64,000 nt of DNA, taken from positions 186,001 to 250,000 of the forward strand of contig QPMI01000519.1 in NCBI GenBank assembly GCA_004431415.1. The letters run 5' to 3'. Shown one piece after another: positions 58,681-64,000 of this stretch. Numbering within the stretch: the first letter of the stretch is position 1; the number at the start of each line of letters is the position of its first letter. The translations under genes and the position numbers were made by a program. Source of the stretch: Cyanophora paradoxa CCMP329 (Eukaryota; Plantae; Glaucophyta). Below the pieces are notes generated by a model. That model did no database searches. It worked only from the letters and a program-made list of their open reading frames with translations, and was not told where the DNA came from.

Positions 58681-60797
58681 ATGGCCCAGGTCAGACGCCG
58701 GTCGAAGTGGCCGCTTGTGCCGATGAACGAAGCGATCGACAAGGTCCTGAGCGAGGTCCGTGCTCCGCGTGCACCCGGGGCTGTCCGCCGCGGCGCAGGG
58801 GCGCGCGGAGGGAAACGAGCGGCGCGCAGGCCGAGCGGCTCGAGCCCGAGGAGGTCGACGTGCGCGGAGCGGTCGGCCGCATTCTTGCGGAGGACGTGCG
58901 ATCGCCTGAGGCCGTGCCGCCCTTCCCCGCGTCGGTCAAGGACGGCTACGCGGTCGCGGCGAGCCAGGGCGCCGGCGTGGTTCGCTTTCGCCTTCTCGCC
59001 TGCGCGCGTGCGCTGCCGCATTCAAATTATCGCGCGCTTTTGCAGTTCCGCGTGGTCGGAGCGGTCACGGCGGGCCGCAGGCCGGACTTCGCTGTCGGCG
59101 GGGATGGCGTCGCGTACATCACGACGGGCGCCCCGCTGCCGCCCGGCGCCGACGCCGTGGTCATGGTCGAGCGTACAGAGGCCGCCGAGCCGCCCCCAGG
59201 CGAGCCGGCGCCCCCCGCGGGCGCCCCCGAGCCCGTCGGCGGCCGCTTCGTTCGCATCTACGCGACCGTGAAGCCCGGCGACGACGTGCGGCCGGTGCGC
59301 CGCCGCCTCTGCGCAACCTGTACCCCTCCTTTCTAATTCCGGAAGGTCGGGAGCGACATTGGGGAGGGGGAGCTGCTGGTCCCGGCGGGCGCCTGCGTGG
59401 GGCCCTCCGAGGTCGGACTCCTCGTCAGCGTCGGCGTCCGCTCCGTGAAGGTCCGGTACCCCTTTGCGCTCCTCCCCTACCCTCGGATAAGCGTACCCCC
59501 CTTACGCAGGCGTACCGCCGGCCGCGGGTGGCGGTCCTCTCGACGGGTGACGAGCTGGTCGACCCCTTCGCGGCGGGCCCGTCCGCCGGCGCCCCGCTCC
59601 CTTACGGACTTATCCGCGACTCCAACTCGTGCGCCCCCGTGTCTCTAAGGCTTACAGTCCTCAAATACCTTTGGGCATACGCTTCTAATCTCCGGGTCGC
59701 ATCTCACCCCCTCGCGCGCCCAGGGAGATGCTGGCAGGGGCCCTCGCGGAGGGCGGCTTTCCCGGCACCCTCCGCCTCGGCATCGCCTCCGACCGCCCCG
59801 GCGACCTCGAGGCCAAGGCCCGCGTACCCCCCCCCCCGCATCCGCCCCTCGTCGCTGCTCGTTCCCGTGCCCTGATTGTCCGCCGTACCCCGCAGCTGAT
59901 GGAGGGCCTCGAGCGCGCAGACGTCGTCCTCACCTCCGGCGGCGTGCGCCCGCGCCCGCCGGCCTCGCCCGTCGTTCTGCCGTACCCACCCGTCCTCGCA
60001 GGTCTCGATGGGCGAGCTGGACCTGCTGCACCCCCTCCTGGAGCGGGAGGGCACCGTCCACTTCGGTCGCGTCCTCATGAAGCCCGGTACCCCCCACCGC
60101 CTGCGCGCCCGGTACCCCCTTTCCGGATGCCTCCGCGAGCGGCGGGCTTCGTGCGCAGGGAAGCCCCTCACCTTCGCGACGGTCCTCCGCGCGGGGCGCA
60201 AGAAGCTCGTGTTCGCCCTCCCGGTACCCCCCGTCTCCCCCATCCCGCGGCGCACCCCCCCGAGCGCGGCGCAGGGCAACCCCGTGAGCGCGGCGGTGTG
60301 CTTCAACCTGGCGGCCCTCCCCGCCCTCCGCAAGATGGCCGGCACGCCAGGCGCGACCGGCCCTCCCCATGCGCCCCTCCGCTGTACATCGCGGCGCCCT
60401 GAGCATCGCTCGCCGGCAGAGCCCTTCCCGCCCCGCGTCAAGGCGCGCATCACGACGCCCCTCAAGCTCGACCCCGAGCGCCCCGAGTACCACAGGCGCC
60501 TCGCCCCCCTCGCCTCGCCCCCAGCGCCCCCGCCCGAACGCCGTCGCGACGCGCAGGGCCCGCCTCCGCTTCGACGCCGCCTCCGCCTGCTTCGTCGCCG
60601 AGAGCACCGGGTCCCAGGCGCGCCCCTGGCTCTCGGCCCGCTCCACCTTCAACCACCCCAGCCTTACGCGGCGAGCGCAGGCGAGCAGCCGGCTCGCGAG
60701 CCTGCGGAGCGCCAACGCGTACCTCGAGCTGCCGCGCTCCGCCGAGACCCTCGCCCCAGGCACCCTCGTCGACGCCCTGCTCGTCGGGCAGCTCTAG
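58681..60797 (+). CDS. moeA: molybdopterin molybdenumtransferase, stand-alone MoeA/CNX1E (gephyrin E domain)
   Basis: GRILAEDVRSPEAVPPFPASVKDGYAV, YITTGAPLPPGADAVVMVE, VAVLSTGDEL, IRDSN, DVVLTSGGVSMGELD, HFGRVLMKPGKPLTFA, FALPGNPVSA, LDPERPEYHR, STGSQASSRLASLRSANA. Confidence 0.92.
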
Positions 60798-61272
60798 CAG
60801 CGCCGGCTCGCTCTGTGGGGCCTGTCTGCTGGATGTATACTACAGAGAAACGACAGAATCGGGCCTTGCAACTACGAAAGAACAACCGGTGTGAGACAAC
60901 GCGCCACGGGCGACACAGCAGTCTCAAACCATGAACACAGTGCGTGTCTTTCCTACAGCTGAAACTGTTCTAAACGACAAAGTCCATCCATCCGTCGAAA
61001 CGCGAAAGTTAAACGCAGCCTGGGCACTGCGAGGCGGGAAGGGGCACGAAAAGGGTGCGACGCGGGGCGGGCGGTCGCGGGGCGGGGATTGGAGACTCCA
61101 GGCGGCGCGGTACGTCGAGTCGTGCGTCGGGGGAGGGAGGCCGCTCGCGGGAGGGGGTCGGGGAGAACGGGCATCGAGGCCGCGTCACGGCGGCGGAGGC
61201 TCGCCTGTCCGCAGGCCAGCACGGGCGGCGCCGGGGTCCGCCGTGCGTTTGCCGGAGCATCTCCGGCACGCC

Positions 61273-62984
61273 TTAGAACTGCGGGGGCGGGGTTTGAGCG
61301 CCACGCGGGGCAGACAAGAGGGAGCGGGGGGAAGGGGCGGGCGCACAGCCTGCTGCTTCGTCGGATCGCGCTCCCGGTCCGACTTCTTCTGCTCGGGAAT
61401 AAGGCCCGTCGTCGGCCTCTCCGAGAGGATGTTCTCTTGCTGCGCCGGGGGTCAGACCCCGCCTGGAGGGCCCCAGGACGCAAGAGCATGGAGGCGGCGG
61501 AGCGGCGCACGTGCTTAAGGATCGTCCAGTCGAAGACGCAGTCGTATGAGTAGCCCTCCCGCGCAAACAGATCCCGGAACAGCTTCTTCAGGTACACGTA
61601 GTCCGGCTTGTCGTCGAAGCGCAGCGAGCGCGTGTAGTTCAGGTAGGTCGCGAACTCGGCTGCAGAGAGAGTGGCGGGCACGTCCGATCAGGCCGGGCTT
61701 TGGCGGCGGAACACGCGCGAAGGCGGGCGCACTCGGGAAGCCCTTGCACAGTACTTCGATGGGAGTCGACATCTTCTTCTCGCTAATCTTCTCGTACTTC
61801 TGCTTCTTGGTAGCCGCCTTCAGACCCTGCCACGGGAGGCTGCCGCGCAGGAAGTACATCATCACGTAGCCGACCGACTCCTGCAAGGGGGACGACGGTT
61901 CGTAAGCGGGCAAGCGATACAAGGCAATCAGATGGTGCGCAGGGCATGCGGGGCTGGGACGATTACGCGAACACACCAGGTCGTCACGACGCGACTGCTC
62001 AATGCCCAGATGTGTGTTGATGCTGGCGTAGCGTGCAGTACCGGTGAGGTTCTTGTTCTCACGGTACGGGATGTGCTGGTGCGTCTTCGGGTCGCGGTAC
62101 TTCTTCGCCAGACCGAAGTCGATGATGTAGACCTGGTTAGCCTTCCGCGACACGCCCATAAGGAAGTTGTCCGGCTGCGAGACAGAGAATGTCAGAAGGT
62201 AGCGAGCGGAGAAAGCGGAGCAAGGCGCCTAAGCAGCTCTACGAGCCACTCGCTTCCCAACAGCGGGGCGGGCCAGGGCGATGAAGGCGGGGCAAACCTT
62301 GATATCCCTGTGAATGAAGCTCTTAGAGTGCACATACTCGACGCGGCTGATCTGCGCCCCAGCGGTCAACGGGATGCAACCGCCGAACCCACCTGGACCC
62401 CATGCACCATCTGATCCGCAAGCATGAGCACAGTCTTCAGAGAGAACTTCCGCGAGCAGAAGTTGAAGAGGTCCTCCAGGCTGGGCCCCAGAAGGTCCAT
62501 GACCTGCGCAGGGGAAACCCTCATGTGAGGGCTCCGAGGATGCGACAGGAGGGTCCTCTGGCACCATCACATTGTAGTCGCCCTCAACCCCGAACCAGCG
62601 GACATTGGGGATGCCGACTGTGAGCGCGGAACGCCACAGCAACACGATCAGCCTAAAAATAAGGCGGGAAGGCAAACGGCGCGCTGACCAGCGCCTCCGA
62701 GGATCTTATACAACTTAGACTCATACAGCAGCTGCGGGTGCTTGGTCTTGACAGGTTCCTGCGGGTGGCAAACGAGCATCGGTGAGAGGGTGCTCCCCCA
62801 CGGGTCAAAGAGCTCACAAGCTTGATGGCCACTTCCTCGCCAGTTTCAGTGTTGGTGCCAAGATAACTGCGGGACGGTGATCAGCTCAAGGGATGTGCGG
62901 CGAGAGGGAGGCTCACATGTCTCCGAAAGAGCCAGAGCCGATCTTGCGGCCGAGGCGGTACTTAGAGCCGACACGCAGCTCCAT
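61273..62984 (-). CDS. CK1: casein kinase 1
   Basis: [26 protein letters not shown]...[11 protein letters not shown]...[13 protein letters not shown]...FIHRDIKPDNFLMG...[12 protein letters not shown]...[25 protein letters not shown]...FDWTILK. Confidence 0.95.
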
Positions 62985-63210
62985 CGTGGCGCCCCTGTGG
63001 TCCCGCTGGCCGCAGAGGCAAAAGAGCTGTGCCCTTGTACCCTTGTACCCCGTCCAAGTTCACCCCCCCCAAGTGTTGGGATTGTCGCGCGCCAAGGCCC
63101 GCGGCCAGCACTCCCTGGCCGTTTTCGGGGCGCTCGCCTCGTTCCAGCGGCCCTGGCCCCCGCACCGCCCGACGTACGCGAGCCGCTTCGGCCTTCTGTA
63201 CCTGGCTACC

Positions 63211-64000
63211 ATGGGCGGAGACGAGGAGGACTACGTCGAGCTGACTCTTGTGGAATGCGATCTCCAGGATGACTACTTTGGTGCGCCCCCCCGCTGCAGA
63301 TCGGAGCGTTATCCGCCGTTCACACGGCGTTGATTCGTGGCATGCGCAGACGTCGGCCTCGTGCGCGACTCTGTTGCGGGCGTCGTTCATGTGGATAGTT
63401 CCTCCAACGAGCCGCGCGCCCCAACGCCGCCCACGCCTGCCGAAAGCGAGGAGCCGAAGGGGCCGGCACCACCGCCGGCGGCTGGCGCAGCGCCGGCGGC
63501 CGTCGAGGCACCTGCGACATTGCCAGAGCAGAATACACGTGGCATTGCTCGCAAGAAGGAGGAGCGGGACCTCTCAGCACCTGTCCGCCGCCTTGCCACC
63601 CGTCGCGCCTCCAACGCATGTCTGAAAGGTTACTTCCTGGCCGTTTCGACCTGCGGGGCGCTGCTCTGCATGTACGTGATATCATCCTGTCTATCGCATA
63701 TTTCATTCCTCTCACCAGGATCGCAGCACGAGCGGTGTGTTCCTCCACCACGTTCTCCCCTCGCAGCGGGCCGATTCGGAGCTGCTGAGCACTCGTTCGG
63801 CCCTGGAGAGCGAGCGGGCCAAGATTCAGATTCTTTCCGATGGTATGCGCGCTTGGGTTCCGTCTCAGCACGCCAGATCCGCGCGCACCGGCGCTAACCG
63901 CGCGTGCAGATTTGTTCGCGGCCAACCTGCGTATCGAGGACCTTGAAAAACGACTAAATCTCGCTCATTTCGGAATCAGCAACCGCGAGGCGACCATCAA
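63211..64000 (+). CDS. hypothetical protein (possible TM segment plus coiled coil), truncated by the window end
   Basis: ATG 63211 MGGDEEDYVELTLVECDLQDDYF, GT-AG introns, later exons YFLAVSTCGALLC and DLFAANLRIEDLEKRLN. Confidence 0.5.

Overview
Very GC-rich, gene-dense eukaryotic DNA from a flagellated protist or alga. Short introns (mostly about 50-100 nt), many GC-AG introns and micro-exons fragment the genes, so most long ORFs in the supplied track are shadow frames. Host genes read by manual splicing: an RBR E3 ligase, TTLL1, an unknown protein with two PPC-like repeats, a hybrid histidine kinase with four GAF-like repeats, DRC2/CCDC65, a copine with a C-terminal RING, a CNBD K+ channel, three F-box genes (two form an inverted head-to-head pair), a divergent histone H3 (CenH3 candidate), MINDY, MoeA/CNX1E and CK1. 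The most unusual region is 10488-21247, a nested insertion. The outer element is a 5'-truncated, poly(A)-tailed LINE with a 20-bp TSD. Its remaining ORF has two tandem Ulp1/SENP-like protease domains (one intact, one apparently dead) ahead of an RNase-H-like helix and a zf-RVT finger. Inside its 3' UTR is a young gag-only LTR retrotransposon with identical 280-bp LTRs and TSD GTGCC. Its primer-binding site has the 9/4 geometry of selenocysteine tRNA, it carries three exact central copies of its PPT, and it has three anti-PBS repeats near the 3' end. All calls were made by eye, and exon boundaries and some gene ends are approximate. The genome style resembles a glaucophyte such as Cyanophora, but that is only a guess.
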